This document shows positions 23,600-37,700 of a stretch of DNA of 64,000 nt, one piece after another. Position numbers and translations under genes: made by a program. The DNA is from Raillietiella orientalis (Eukaryota): NCBI GenBank assembly GCA_036172245.1, contig JAYWIR010000027.1:2852001-2916000 (forward strand), written 5' to 3'. Below the pieces are notes generated by a model. That model saw nothing but the letters and a program-made list of their open reading frames with translations. It had not been told where the DNA came from and made no database searches. How positions within the stretch are numbered: the first letter of the stretch is position 1; every line of letters begins with the position of its first letter.

Positions 23600-23688
23600 A
23601 CCAATTCTGCTGTTATGGGACCACATAAAATACCTGGTATCGTAGCCTAACAATTCATGTGAAATGCTACATAAGCACTACTTCTCAA
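23600..23688 (-). repeat. Local duplicate of the last intron and start of the last exon of SLC17A9
   Basis: Near-identical to 24421-24508 (gaccaatt(c/t)gctgttatgggaccacataaaatacc...aattcat...aagcacta). Confidence 0.9.
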
Positions 23689-24312
23689 AAGGACTTCATA
23701 AATAAAAGTTTTAAATACAACCTATTGAGATTAAATGAAGAATATCATCATCAAATCACATCGTAAAATCAATGATATACATCCGCCAAAATAAGTATAT
23801 CAATTAATTTGATCACATGCCTTTATTATCAGGGAGTGACCATCTCCTCATTGTTTCACGAGAAAGACTAATTTGCGATCTAAACTGGGCTTGGCAGGAA
23901 ACAAAAACAACAAATACAAAACAAACCCTGAACTGATGACTTAAAATCCTACAAGCAATTGGGCATTCCGACCACTTAACTCGAGTTTGATTAAGGAACC
24001 ACATAAGCATATAATACCTCTTGAGTATTCTTAATGTATATTGTTTACTCAGATTATCAAAGTTTTAATAAGCACATCAGGTAGCACACTTTCTTTGAAA
24101 TGTATGTTTTTTGTTTGCATGTGGAACATTCATTTATGAATGTTTATGCATGCCTCAGCTTACGAGCAGATGTGCACTGATTAGGTAGAAACATGCATTC
24201 TTAAGGATTATCTTCACAATTACCATATAACTCAGCCACTCTTGATTGGGAAAATGCATCAAGAACACTAAAAAACATGAGCGCCTCACAATGAAATCCC
24301 AGAATTCAGTAC

Positions 24313-25827
24313 TTATATGACTTGTGTTGCAGAACTCTGGCTCATATAAATGATAGCACCCACAAAATTAATTCCAGCTGCCAACCAGAAAACTGGGAAC
24401 CATCGACTCTGAGATGCAGTGACCAATTCCGCTGTTATGGGACCACATAAAATACCAGGTATGGTAGCCTAACAATTCATCTGAAATGCTACGAAAGCAC
24501 TATTTCTTACTCACCAGAGTGTTGGAAATAGCAAATGTAATACCAGCATGATTAGGAGCAACATCAGCATGATTGCTGAAATGTCCAGAAGAATTAAAAG
24601 CAAGTAAGGTCATGGATATGGTAATAAACCTGAAAACCAAAATGAGCTCCACTGTAAATAACAAGCTTACAGTACAGCAGTAGACAAGCTGCTAACACCA
24701 CAGAACAGCAGGAGAAACAATCCTGGACCAATCAATCCAATAAAAGTCATCAATCTTCGAACAGATAGCACAGTCCACTTATGACTAATCAGCCAGTCGG
24801 CTAAATGACCAGAAGCTATCAAAGATTCAGTACTTTGCTTTTTAATGTAACTTAAATCGTGCACACCTGCTGCACAAATGGAATTGAAGATATAAGGAAC
24901 AGCTGTCAAGCTCAAAGTAGGTGTTTGAACACCTAGACTACGTGTGAAGTAGGTGGGAAGCCATTGCATGACAACATAACTACTCCAATTCATAGAAAAA
25001 TGGGCAATATAAATGGCCCATAGGGGCCAGCTACAAATAAACTCAGACCAACGAATATTTGTTTTTGTTATCTAGCAATTTCATTTTGCCCGATCAACTA
25101 CATTTTGGTAAATTCACCTACCTTTGGCATGAAAAGAGGAATGTTATCGGAAAAGTGCGATGCTTCTGAATACAACAGGAGCCATAGACACATCCAAACT
25201 ACACCTAAACTTCCAAAGAGATAAAAGGACTGCCTCCAGGAAAGATGGGGGCAGATCTGAAAGCAAATAAAACCATCTTTGTCACCACAACCTTACCAAA
25301 GAAGCAACAGTCTGACCAATTGAACCAGCTGCTTGTAAATATCCATATGCACGAGATCGTTCCTCCATCATCATCTCATGTGCCAGAATATGATACATAG
25401 TAGGTAGCCCTACCACACTGCAAATCTTCTACTGCTTTCGTTATGTCTGATAGTTACCTAGAGCTTCCCCAATCCCCAAAACAACTCTTGATATTATCAC
25501 TAAAGTCAGGGAATTGCCAATAACAGGAATCAAAAGTGTGGATAATGACCATAGCATGACAGAAAATAACAGTACTTTTTTGCTATTAACATGGTTTGCC
25601 ACAAGAGCACCAACTATTTGGGATGAAAGGTACCCAAAGGCAAATGCACTAAGCACCCATCCTTGCCAGTATAAACTCCAATGATATTCATCAGTCATGG
25701 GAATTATGGCAATTGGCATAATCACTCTATCTGCAGCATTTATGAAATTTGCAAAGGAGCACAGAAGGATCAATCTTGGAGTTTTCGAATAAAAATTCCA
25801 TGTTTTTGGGCATTGGAACATCTTCAT
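24313..25827 (-). CDS. SLC17A9: SLC17A9-like MFS anion/nucleotide transporter, multi-exon
   Basis: NFINAADRVIMPIAI, LSAFAFGYLSSQIVG, RVVLGIGEAL, WLPTYF, VRRLMT, GHFSNHADVAPNHAGITFAISNT, ATIPGILCGP; short GT-AG introns; stop at 24313. The exact SLC17 paralogue is inferred. Confidence 0.85.
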
Positions 25828-28800
25828 TGTAATTAATTCTAGCAACAGGGCATCAAGCAAACATTTATGAAAGTCGTGGTATTGGTATGTAAGCACATTA
25901 AATAAAAACCACAATCATTCATTATTATAAATTCCAAACATCTGCAAAATAATGACAGGAGTTTTCAATGCTTAATTAAAAAATTGTGCTCCATGAGAAT
26001 TTACATTCACTTTTAATGCACTCTAATATTAGAAAGCAATTATAGTGACAAAAAATAACTACCACCCAATGGTTGATCATTTTTGCAGAGATTTACGTTC
26101 CTCACTTTTAAATTCTAACGAACCACACAAGACAAGCATGCAAATAAATCCAACAACTACTTACGTTTGATATTTTAATATTACGACTTTATTACATGTT
26201 TCACTCCAAGTAACCAACGTGCCACGAAATCAAGTAGTGACAGATGAAGTAGTCTTTCTGATGTGGCTAAATGAGTACAGGGAAATAAGGATTTTGTAAT
26301 CTATGTCACTTAAGTCTTGGACATGAGATGAGAAGTTAAACACCGTTGGTTCTCCATTGATTGTAGGGCACACATCACGGTTTCAAATCTTGATGGCCCC
26401 TTACGTGGAAACATCTGTTTCCTCATAAATCAAATTACAAAAGTGCAAAAAACACCAAGACACCACTTCCTGATCGATGAATTTGCAATCAATTGCCTAT
26501 AAATTCCGATTAGATGCTCGAAAGGAATAAACTGGAGTGTTCAAATAATCCGATGGGCAACTCGATGCTTTCCAACAGCGAGTCACCCTGATGGACAATC
26601 TGATGGACGAATCACCGATTTTGTTCCCATTTAAAAAAATTACTAATTGGCTAATACAGGTTCGTTCGAAGTGGCACCACTTCTCAATAGATCGTTCATT
26701 TAGTTACTCCTAGACCGTCACTATTATTATTCTTTTTTCCAATGGCAACCCACTTATTTCTCAATAGAGGAAGTTGGGTTTTGATTGCAAGACCCACAGC
26801 AAAATTGCTTCTGGGAGAAATTTTGAAAGACATTCTTTTCCTACTGTGAATCTACATAGAGTTATTCTTTGGAGAGCATCTGTTCTCCTAGAAACGTTCG
26901 TTTTTTCCCTAACTTAGGTTTTGCTATTTTGCCAGCTTCTTAGTTTAATGACATGACAGTCACGAACTTGATACCTGTGGCAGCTCATCTAATTCCTAAT
27001 GATAAGGGAACCACCTTGTTGCTTTCATTGATGGGGGGTGAGGGTTGCAGCAGTGGTGTAAAACACTTGAAAACTGCCTGGATTTTAAGAGCCGAAAAGA
27101 CCAAACTTAAAGAGGGTATCAACTGCAATGTACAATTTGCATGACCGTCATTGCAACCTTATTAGAACCATTTCCTTCTTTTTTTTTTTCCAATCATTCT
27201 TCAATGCAGTGTGTTTATTCTGCTTTTTTTTTTTGTGTTTTTGTTTGCTTGAGAGAAAGCCAAAGCTTCGCCCCCGAATGATGAAAATAAATTTCTTCCA
27301 GGCTGTGACTGCCTGGAAGAAATTTAAGGCAAAGTTAAAAGACTCGGGAGAGAATCAGCATATCATTTTTTGCATCCATTGCATAAATCAGGGCGGTGTA
27401 TTCTTGAAAATCCACGATACTTCATTGCATTCTGAAAAGGTTTTACGTCACGCCGGTTAGCCTCGACTATTTAGATTCCTTAGAGTGAAATCATCATTAC
27501 CAAAAGTTTTTTCACAAACATTATCCAAAGTCATTCTTTTTTTTTAAAAAAAAAACCATTCTTGGATATCCTTCTCCTAGATACTGGAAACATACTACTA
27601 TAAAACCAAAAGTCCGCAGCACTTGTGGTTATGCCATGGGCATGAAGTTCATATTTCTTTATGCCTCCCTTCAAAGGAACTATAGAGAGGAAAATAATCT
27701 TAAAGCCCCATTGTAGTTTCATGCTGAGAAACATTCTCCAGAAATTAGTGAATTTGAATGATTTCAGAAAAATTTTCTGAACTTTTCCATGTGCTTGCAG
27801 GGGGGCCTAATCAAAACGACTTCATTTCTACAGAATACGCGCAACTTCAAGAGCATCGTTAAAGGTGTATGGAAACAACTTTAGAGGAGCTTCAAGTTTT
27901 GTCGTGTACAAATTCACAATACTGCACTTGTATCTGGGAATATAAGTTCATCCTAACTGAAGAGAAAAATCTGTGCCACACCAGGATCTTTTTCCTCCCC
28001 CTATTTGAACAAGGGCTTGAAGCTGGTTTGTTTTTGTTTTGAGACCGCAACAACTTTCAGCACTCACGTGGATGGATGTACTGTTTCTACATGATAGGTG
28101 TAACTTTCTGGCAAACCAAAAAATAGGGGACTCAAATTTTCCAAGTCTTCCCACCGGTTGAATCTATCAGTCCATGTAAAGCTACTAAATCATGAATTAA
28201 TTGAATTTGAGAATCAAGGCAATGTTTCGTATTTCAAACAGGAATACCATGGAAAGTCAATAAATTTTGCTGATGTAATGTTAAATTGTGATCTTTATAC
28301 TGAATTCACTGAATCCATCTATCCCTATATTATTATTGGGATTTGCAGTTGCCTTAAATGCGTAGTTTATTTCGTAATTGTGTCTGAAATCACCTTCCGC
28401 AGACAAATCTACACGAATCTTTCATTAAATAACCCGAGGGACAAGATCCAACTTTAAAGAATGCAGGAAAGGAGCTCTCTCTATTCCTTTAACATCAATG
28501 CTGAGGGAAGTTACAGGTAAAGATTTCCAATAGGTACAAATACTGTTTGCACTCCTTCCATTGCAGGCTTCCAACACAATTGGAAGGAAACGAGATCACC
28601 TTATAAAACTTTACCGGCGGGATTGAACTTGACTGAACTGGAAAAGGGTATTGGCACTAAGGCAGTGTCAGCTTATAACTGATGTTTTTCATCTACCTTC
28701 ATTTTCATATACATAGAAACACTTCTAATGCATATGCTAATTCCATAATCATCTGCATTAAAAGTGATGCTTGTGGATGTCAAATACCACGGAATTCGAC

Positions 28801-30579
28801 ATTCCATCTGGAAAGGATGCTCACGACCTTTGTAGGGAAAGACAATTCACAAGCAATTTGGTTGCTGAAACCTACTACAGCTTCCAGCATGCTCTGTATA
28901 TTGACGATGCCTTCCGTCAGCTTGCAGGCTTAGCAACTGCCGTTTGAGTCCAGGTGATGCAGTCGACCAGGAGCGCAAAATCGAGCCGCCGGCTCAACAC
29001 GACTCGAGAGCAGATAAGTGGATGCAAGATTTGCTTAAGAACATATGCTTCTCTCTGTAGAAAGCACGCGTGCGTTCCGAATGTGAGTAGCGACGGAATG
29101 CGCGGAAGATGACGAGGGATGCGCCCCTGCTGTTCCGTAACATTCAAACAGGTGCTCTGTGTCAAGAAGGACTGTTCGGGGCGAAGCGTTGTAGGACGAG
29201 TCCGCCGTTCCCCTGCAGCCCAGAACAGTGGGTTACCCAGCGAATGCCTCCGAGTTCCTCAAGGCTCCTCACATGAGTCCGGCCTTCTCGAATAGAACAG
29301 CTCATGCTTCCCGACGCTCCTATAATCGCGCACCCATAATCACTTCCAGTTGATTGTTTCCAGATCCCAATTGATAACCACATGTAATTAGTAGATGGGA
29401 AGCGGCAAACAAAGACATCGGTTGGGAAAAGACGAGTTTCCCACGTTCGTGGGGCTTTCGCCGTGGCTGCCTTTGTCGGGTTTCGGAAACAAACTCTTTC
29501 CCAGCTGGTGGTACTTCTCCAGAGCTCGTCGTGGACAGCAAGAGCTGCAGCTTCAACAACCAGATCAGCGTGCAGAGGACGTGATGCTTCTTACGCTGCT
29601 TGCACATACTTCGGTAGCTGCATCCATTCCATTCATCCTTAGGGATGAACGGAAAGGATGCAGTTTCCCGGAAAGAAAGCATTCGCACCTTCTATTCTCA
29701 TCCAAGTTATCTACCCTGCTCTGATATTCTGTTCCAGAGAAAAGAACCGGCATTCTTCGTATGAATTTGCTATTTATATTCGTGGGACTTTGGAAAAGGT
29801 GCGATGGAACGTGCAAAGGACACTTATTAAACCAGCGATATAGGTGCCCCCCTGTTGCAAGGGATTTCCCTTCATCAGGAAAAGTTTTGCTGTTGGTAGC
29901 GGGCGATAGTTTCTGCATTTCCCAGTAAGCTCCAGAGCACATATTGCCACAGTTTTCGAGAATTTTCCACAAAATCCTTGTAGTTTTCGCAGGTTCAGCT
30001 TCCAGCGTCTGCTTGCTCAGATGGTCGAAGTTCTGTAACAAAAGATTTCAGCAGCCGACGGCTGCTCTCATCATGGGGATGCAGCTGATGATGTCTGACT
30101 TATTGCGGAATTTGTGCCCTTTCTTTACTGCCGAACACACAACACTAACGGGCTGGAAGGGGAAAAAAATTGCTCTTGGCTTTCTTTCCATGCGGAGATG
30201 GTCCCAAAAGGTAGCAGTTGTTTCGTCTCAGACTCAAAATCTTTCCTATCATCAGTGCTTCAACATAAAAGCTCGGGATAACTTTGAGGGCAAAGAAGGA
30301 TGCTGACCATGAAATTCGAATTCTTCAAAACTGACTTTTCGGAAGATTCACTTCTGATCTGGACAATAAGGTCCGGGTGACAATAAGGGCGAAAAAAAGA
30401 AAAAAAAAATGGATAAAGTCAAAAATTAAGGGATTGCAATTATTATTTTTTTGCAAACAAGCAAACAAACTCTTTAAGCATCTTGCAGTAAACCGTGGAA
30501 CAGATGCCGTGCACATTGGATATGGTCACCTTTGATAAAAGAGACTTTTGGCACAAGCAGCCCTTGGTGCAATCAAGTT

Positions 30580-31320
30580 TCATCCGATAAAGAAACTTTT
30601 TTCAGCCGCGTTAAAGATGGGGGGGAAAAATAAGAGAAATCCATTAAGTGCCGTGTTTGGAATGCAACGTGGATCAATCAACCATTTCGAACATCGTGAA
30701 AAATAGAGGGAACTCGGAGACCTATGGTCGCCTCGTGCTGTGATGTCCCGAAACACCTAAAAACAGGATGGCCATCTCGAGATTTCCTGAAACGGAACGA
30801 CCTTCGCATTCGTGGTTTTTGCAACGTCGACACTTGAGAAACACCATCACAAATGAAACCTTAAGATGAAAGGCCAAGGGAATTCATGTTCGGTTAGTGG
30901 GGATAATGGGGAATTTTTGGCAAGCGGTGGGTAGCTGAGCAAATTTAAAAAAAGGACATGGTATTCGCTTATTAACTATATTCGCGGAGAAACTTTCGTG
31001 AGACGCCTCGCAGGTTCCAGTTTTCTTGGAAAAATTTAAAGAGATAGTTAATATCTAATGGAGCAAGTCTGTAATTGCGACGAAACAGGACTGGTGTACA
31101 AAGGATTACCAAATAAAACGAATGTCCATCGAAATGAAGTAACAGCCCTCGGGAGAAAAAATAGAAAGGAAAGGGTCACTTGAATGCCCTGTGTCGTCGC
31201 CATGGGTAATCACAAATTACCCTTTATGATGATTGGGAAGGCAGCTCGTCCAAGGTGCTTTAAAAATGTTCAAAAATTTGGTATTGACAAAGTTATCGAC
31301 CACTCATTCAATTTAGCTAT
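30580..31320 (+). mobile_element. Degenerate pogo/Tigger (CENP-B-like DDE_1) DNA transposase
   Basis: Fragments QSTISNIVKN, ASGG*LSKFKK..GIRLLTIFAEKLS, QVCNCDETGLVYKGLPNKT and KERVT*MPC...GNHKLPFMMIGKAARPRCFK, with stops and frameshifts. Confidence 0.85.
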
Positions 31321-31979
31321 TAAGTTGTCAGAAAGTGTCTGCCCCCGTTCGTGAGGTTCTTCTCCAGAGAAGAATACGGGGAAAAACAGCCGTGAAGAAG
31401 TTTGAATAAAATTTTAACGGCATCCGTCAGCTCCCGAGTTGCCAACGCACTTGGCAGTTTCTTCCTTTCCGCAGTGCGGCAGGACACCTGCCCCTTGCTT
31501 CCCTTAGGGAAAGGCAGCACCGGACGCTGAGGCAGGTAGGCCCGAGCAGCAACTTTCTTGTGAACCCGGATTCCTTGCCGATGCAAGCAAGTCTGAGGTC
31601 AAGCAGGGCCACACCAAGTGCAGATCCGACCGGGCTTCCAGCCTCTGCTCGCTTAGGAAGGAACCTAAGGCATCGCTGGTTTGAGCGTGAAGGTTTGAAG
31701 TCCTTCGGAAACTCTTTGATTCGAGTCCTTGTGGGGAAAAAGAAAAATTCAATATGCCTGCCTGAAACACTCGAGGAAAAGAGTAGAAGGATGTTATGCA
31801 GCTGCATCCTTTTCGTGCAGCTACGTCCTTTTCACTCCGGAAAGCGAACATCTGCAGACAAAGCAGATAATAAAATTGGCTGCAGAGGACTTCGCACTCA
31901 CCAACTTTGGTTCGCCACATACCTCAGGAACCGTCGCGCGCCTGGAGACAGCTCTTTCCTGCCGTTCCACGCCACCCGA

Positions 31980-32340
31980 GGGTGCGTGTGAACTCTTCAA
32001 GATGGGGGGTATCCTGGGAGGGGACACGCTATGAGTCCAGAAAGGGCTCCGTAGAAGGGAGTCCGTTCCTTCCACGCCTGGGACAACCGAAGGGAACTTT
32101 CCACCCTGGTTGTCTCCGAAGAGACCCCTGGAGGGGTCGTTCCTCGTTTCTTCTCCGAAGATAAACCTGGAAAGGATACGCAGGGGAACTAGCACTGGGA
32201 ACTCCCTTCTCCAGAGGGAACCTGCAAGGGAATTGCTCCTCGCTGCCTCCTCTACTGAAGAGAATCCCTAAGCGACGCTTCCCAATTTTCTCCGAAGGGC
32301 GCTCCCCGAAGCGGTGGGCTTCTTTGCACTCTGAAGAAGC
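31980..32340 (+). mobile_element. Internal fragment of the same LINE family
   Basis: Its reverse complement aligns by eye with 43220-43560 (e.g. aaa(t/c)tgggaagcgt...tctcttcag). Confidence 0.55.
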
Positions 32341-32644
32341 ATCATCAATCTGTTGTCATCTTTGAAACTCAGGAAAGGAGAGTGCTTCCGCTCCCACCCC
32401 AATAGCATGCCAGATTGCGCCTGCGGATCGCTGCGACAGAGGGAGCATCAGGGGTGGTTTTAACAGGCGGTGCGAGAAGCTGGAGAGGGTGAGGAATGAT
32501 GAAACAGAAAGCGCTGGTGGACTCTCTGGTGTGTGACTCCAGGAGTTGGATAGTGATCGGTTGCCTAAGACCATTCCAGCATCGCTGAAAGCACGCAGAA
32601 TGAGGTTTTCAAACCCCCGAGGGGAGGGAGATTCCGACACGGGA

Positions 32645-32800
32645 AGAAAATTCCTGCCGAGCGGCTGCGACGGCCTCCGCGCACCGATCGCCGCGGTTTC
32701 GAATCTCTCCCAGGGGTAAGAACCAACGCTAAGAACGGGGGGGAGCGCCTCGGGAGTTTCGAGTCTTCCCCCGCCTCGTTTAGCCTCTTGCAGCACTGGT
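32645..32800 (+). mobile_element. tRNA-derived SINE-like element
   Basis: A-box-like TGCCGAGCGG (32655) and B-box-like GTTTCGAATC (32696) at tRNA spacing; ends cagcactggt. Confidence 0.6.
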
Positions 32801-34190
32801 TGACACCCGGTCACTCCGGGGCGTTTATTTATAAAGTAAACATCCACGTCTGTGGCAGGACGCTCGATCCAGCCACGAGAAGGAACTTGCCGGGAACTGG
32901 CACGCAGGTCAGCGGGGTTCGCCTCGGCAGCACAGAGGAAGGGGAGACAACAAAAAGAAAAAAATAAATAAAACAAAAAACATAAAGTGCAAAAAATGGA
33001 AGAGGTTCGGGAATTGATCACCGGGTGCTAGAGGGTGTCCTCTGCATCCTTGCAAGGATGCCGGCAAGTTCCTGTTTCGCTGTTTCCCGATGGGGCTATC
33101 TTGACGCTGTCCTCATGAAGAGGACAGCAAAATAGATGGCCTCCTCTGGAGTTGCTCCATGCAGTCAAGGTCCTGCCGCGTAGGCAGCAAAGTGCTGCTA
33201 GGGATGCGGCACTGTAGGAAGCTGGAAACCCCCGGGTGTCTTCATTGACTGGCCGGAGCTGCGAGTTGACCCTACGGGATCCTTCCAGGAAATCAAGGAA
33301 TCCTTCAGTTGTGAAGAGGGAGCCATCCCCTCCCTCATCCCTCGGGAAGAGGAACCCTCCATGGTGCACCACGGAGCTGGTTGATACCCATTCCCCCTCA
33401 GGGTGCTGCTTCTACGGAGTGTCAAGAAGCGCGCTAATAAATAAATTATGTATATAAATATTTTTATGTTACATAATAATATTAAAATTATATAAACTTA
33501 TGCTAAAATATATTAATATTAGTTAATTAATTACATTTGAAATTATAAAATACATATTTAAACTCCAAATAATTTTAGGATAAATTAAAGCAAATAAACT
33601 TTCACTACTTTATAAAAATAACTAACCAGGCCAAACACTTAAAAGATAAAATTCAAAATCCTTATCTAACTCTAATTAGGACTACCTACTCCCTTCGGGG
33701 TCCTCTCCAGAGGAAGAAACAGGGAGCAGATCCTTTCCGGGAGTCCCTCCGGAGAAAAAACGAGAAAGGGCTCCCTCTGGCGAGAATAAGGAAGAGGTTC
33801 GGAGCCATCCTGGATTCATAGGGTGCTCCCTTCGGGGTTGCCCATTGACGGATTGTGGTTTCTGTAGATGGCCGAGCCGCAACTCCTGAGCTCACAGCCG
33901 CCATGTTGCGAGTGAAGAAAACCATAACCGAGAGGGTAGACAAAAGGGGAGAACCATGGTCCAAAAGGGGAGAGGAAGGAGAAGCAGAAATGGTGGCGAT
34001 GCCACTGCAGCCTCGAAACACTCTTCTCTCTCGTCCAGAGTGACAGTTTACGAAGAGCTGCGAATACGCTAAAGCACCGACGCCTTTTCTGTCCCACCAG
34101 CCACCAACGCAGCGGGGGAGGTCCGCCACCGAGAGAATTCCGGGAGCGCACGGAGACTTCAAAAAAAGAGAGTGAGGTTTCTGATCCATC
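32801..34190 (-). mobile_element. Non-LTR retrotransposon copy E (minus strand), interrupted by an AT-rich insert
   Basis: The 3' UTR and C-terminal coding region are clearly homologous to copy D (15780-16190). Hairpin at 32804-32822 and AATAAA at 32824-32829. Confidence 0.8.
33435..33686. other. Very AT-rich insertion of about 250 bp, possibly a mitochondrial rRNA (rrnL-like) NUMT
   Basis: Sharp compositional break. The flanks (gagcgc / tcccttcgg) are contiguous in the paralogous copy near 43205-43225. The mitochondrial identity is only a resemblance. Confidence 0.4.
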
Positions 34191-34709
34191 CGAAATGCAC
34201 GAGGTTCGGTATATTTTTATTTTCATTTTTTCCCCGATGAAAGTCCTCAGGTTATTTATGTATTCCCCCTAACTCGGCTGCTGCTACCTTGCATTCCTCC
34301 TGCCATTCTTTTCTCTTCCTTTATCATTTATTTATTTCCTTTTTGTTTCGAGGGAAAACGCCGAACGCTCGAAACATCACCGTGGAGAACTTGAACCAGA
34401 ATGTGTGCCAACATTGGAGCTTCCCGTCTGGTTGATGCCACGCTCTGCCAGTATCGGTGGCCGGGCGATGTGCGAGTTTTCCCCTATCAGAAAAAAGCTT
34501 ATAAATACTGCGCTAAAATAAAGTAGGTGTTAAACACACGCTGTTTTCCGTTCTTGCAGCCGACGGTTCGTACAACCGAGGCACTGCCGTACTTTCAGAA
34601 ACTCGAAATCGCAAAAAAAGAAAAACAAACAAAAAAGAAAAACAAAAAAAAAGGCAAAGAAAAAAAACGAAGTTGAAAAGTATACGCGCGTGTTTTGCAC
34701 AGTGTACAC

Positions 34710-37700
34710 ATGCATTTTCTGATCGTTGTCCTAGTAAGTAGTTAGCCATTTTGCATATCTCTTGATATTTAGTTCTCAACCGTTGATTAAACGGTTGTCG
34801 CAGTGAATGATTTGCATTTGCATGATTTGAAAAATTGACTGTTTTTTTTTTTTTTCTCTCTCTATTTTAGTTGCAGGTTAGCGAGATCGCAAGTCGTAGC
34901 TTCGTAGTTGATTATGAGAACGACAGGTTTTTAAAAGATGGAGAACCCTTCACCGTCATATCAGGATCGATGCATTACATGAGAGTCGTGCCGGAGAATT
35001 GGATCGACAGGATGCGTAAACTAAGATTGGCAGGATTTAACACTCTCCAGACGTAAGCAAGCGTAAATAAGAATAATAAGGAAAGGGTTCTCCATTTGTG
35101 CAGGAATACCTGCGTGTGGTATTCCTGCATACGCGGACTGCATTGCACCGACTTATTGTTAAGCGCAGGGGTACTCTGCGGTCTTTAACTTGGCAGGCAG
35201 CACTTTTTTTTTTTTTTCAGAAGACTTGAATTATACGGGATTTGTTTAAAAACTGTACTCGAAAAATTTTCAGCTACGAAACGAAATGAAAGGAGGATAA
35301 CGGAGCATAAACGAAATGTGTATTACCGTTTTATTGTCCAATCAGCAGTAGCATAAAGCCTTTCAAGAACGTAGTCCCGAGTACGTTTTGCCTTGCAGCT
35401 ACTAACTTTCGTCGATGAATGTGCTCGTGTTACTTATGGTTTGGTTAGGTAACAGTGCAAGTGAATGCTACAATGCACTTCCTTGAATGCATGTGAATAA
35501 AATAATGTTTGAAGGAAAACAAAAAAGATAACAAAATGAAATTCAAACATTAGGTATAGGTCGCAAGCAAACCTTATGGATTTAGATAATGAGGCTTCTC
35601 CCTCCTCTCCTATGTTGAGATAATGAAATGACATAACGGTACGGTCATGATGTAAAATTTCTATTCAGTGATGAAGAAAGAGCAACGTTTGCTTTTGCTT
35701 CTGCATTGCGGATGATCTCGTTATCTAGAATGACTGCCTACACATTCAGACTTTTGCACTTTCATCACGAGCCAAAACAGATGCGGAAGTTCGCTATCGA
35801 ATTTTTGATGGCCAGCTTATTACTAATGTTGCATTTCACATCCTCAAGATGTTTGACTGATGCCACGAAGACGTAAGATCCCTTGGTTCATGGTCTACAG
35901 CTGATTTGCATGGATTGTGTGCTCAACAGTGTGAGCGAAGGTGCTCCAAGGAATGCGTGATCTTCTTCCATTGCAAATGAGAGTTTTGAAACGGACAGCC
36001 CTCAGAGGATGAAAATTTCAAGAAAATGAAGTTCTTAAGAAACGAAACTTAAGGAAAAAATAATGAATGTATTACAACATCGTTGATATTGTAATGTTTG
36101 TTAATCATACGCATAGAATTCAAAATATGGTTATAATGAAATCATGGCGCCATGTTAGCACCACGAATAGCCATATCTAATGTTTGCATAAATTTGCTTC
36201 TGACATCTTTCGGCTTTTTTTTTTTTTTTTTTTTCACAAAAAATTGGGGAAAAAAAATGGAAGTCGGGCGACGCGAACATTGGGAAATCCTGTACATCGC
36301 GTTCGTATTGCGCGGTAGAAAGAAAAAATGGCGGCAGACCTCGTATTACATCAGCCTTGTACGACGTTGGGAACAGATTTTCAGTACGGTGTTAGTTCAG
36401 AATACATGGATAAGACAGGACAATAACACAGGTTTTAAGTATATTGAATCCTATTTCATTCGAATTTTCGTGAGCAAAACAGCGCAAGAAAATGCATTTC
36501 CCAACAGCTAGAATGATGAAGCTGAAACTATAGGATCGTTTCAATTGGCTGAAGCTGTTTCCTCCAAGTCTGATAGAAGCTCCTCATTTTTCGTTTTCGC
36601 TTTAAAGGGAGGTACATACCAAGATATTCTACCATTACTTTTAAGATGAGCTTTGTATCTTTTGTACGGGCCTACTGTATTCGGGTGACTCTATTACGTT
36701 TGGTGATTACCAAGAAAAAGGGTTCCGACAGACTGGAGCAGCGACTCCAAGAACACCACGAAGGACTCCGTGGTGTGAAAAAGTGTGAGAGATGTATGCC
36801 ATAACGAATACGTTCTTAAAAGTAAAAACTCGGACGAAGAAACACATCCTGTGTACTATCCTGTATATTCCCTTCAAGAAAACACTGAGAAAATCAATAG
36901 TATCGATAATGGTTGATGAGGAATTGCAGAATTTCGAGTGGAGTAAGAAGTTCAAGTACGACAGAAGAGTAATGATGAGTAGCCCAATCAGGGAAAAAAC
37001 GACCCCTGATACCGTTTTGAACGGGATGGTGGTCTCCTTGAGTATCTGCAGCGGGAAGCTTAGTTAACAGTATTCGAAGAAAGCCGTGATTAGGCAATTG
37101 CGATTTCATCTCTAGTGATCTATTTTGGAGATGATTTTTTGATACTGAAAGGAAGTATCGATAATACTTGATAATGCAATGATCAAACCTTAATATGGCA
37201 AACAATGTATCATTCTGTGTATCTTGTGAAACACACTGTGTATAATTACGTAGACCAGGTCGCAAGCAAATCTTTCAGAAGAATATAGCAACAGACTTCA
37301 GCAGGGCTAATGACAGCAGGTCTCTATGGATTGAGCGATGCTGGGGTATACACTTCCGTGTGGACGAGTATCCCAGTAAAGGTGTTTTGGAAAGACGAAG
37401 CACATGTGCACAGATGCAAGTGGCTACGAGTTTTATCACATGTACCTCTGGATTTTCGAACAGCATTTCCCCTTTCATCGCGTCTGCCACCATATGGTTT
37501 TTCCTGTTTCCGCTATTACCCTGCTTTCTCGATTCCATTCCTAGAAATGTGCTTTCTTTATCTTCTGTGCAGCAGGCGATGGATGCGCCATGGGTGTTTT
37601 CTCAGAAAGATGGATCCTTCTATGGGAGATTTCAAAGGCCAAACTCCAAAACTATGGATTATGATGAGTTGTCAGGGTGGATCTGCAAGCGAATGGAGAG

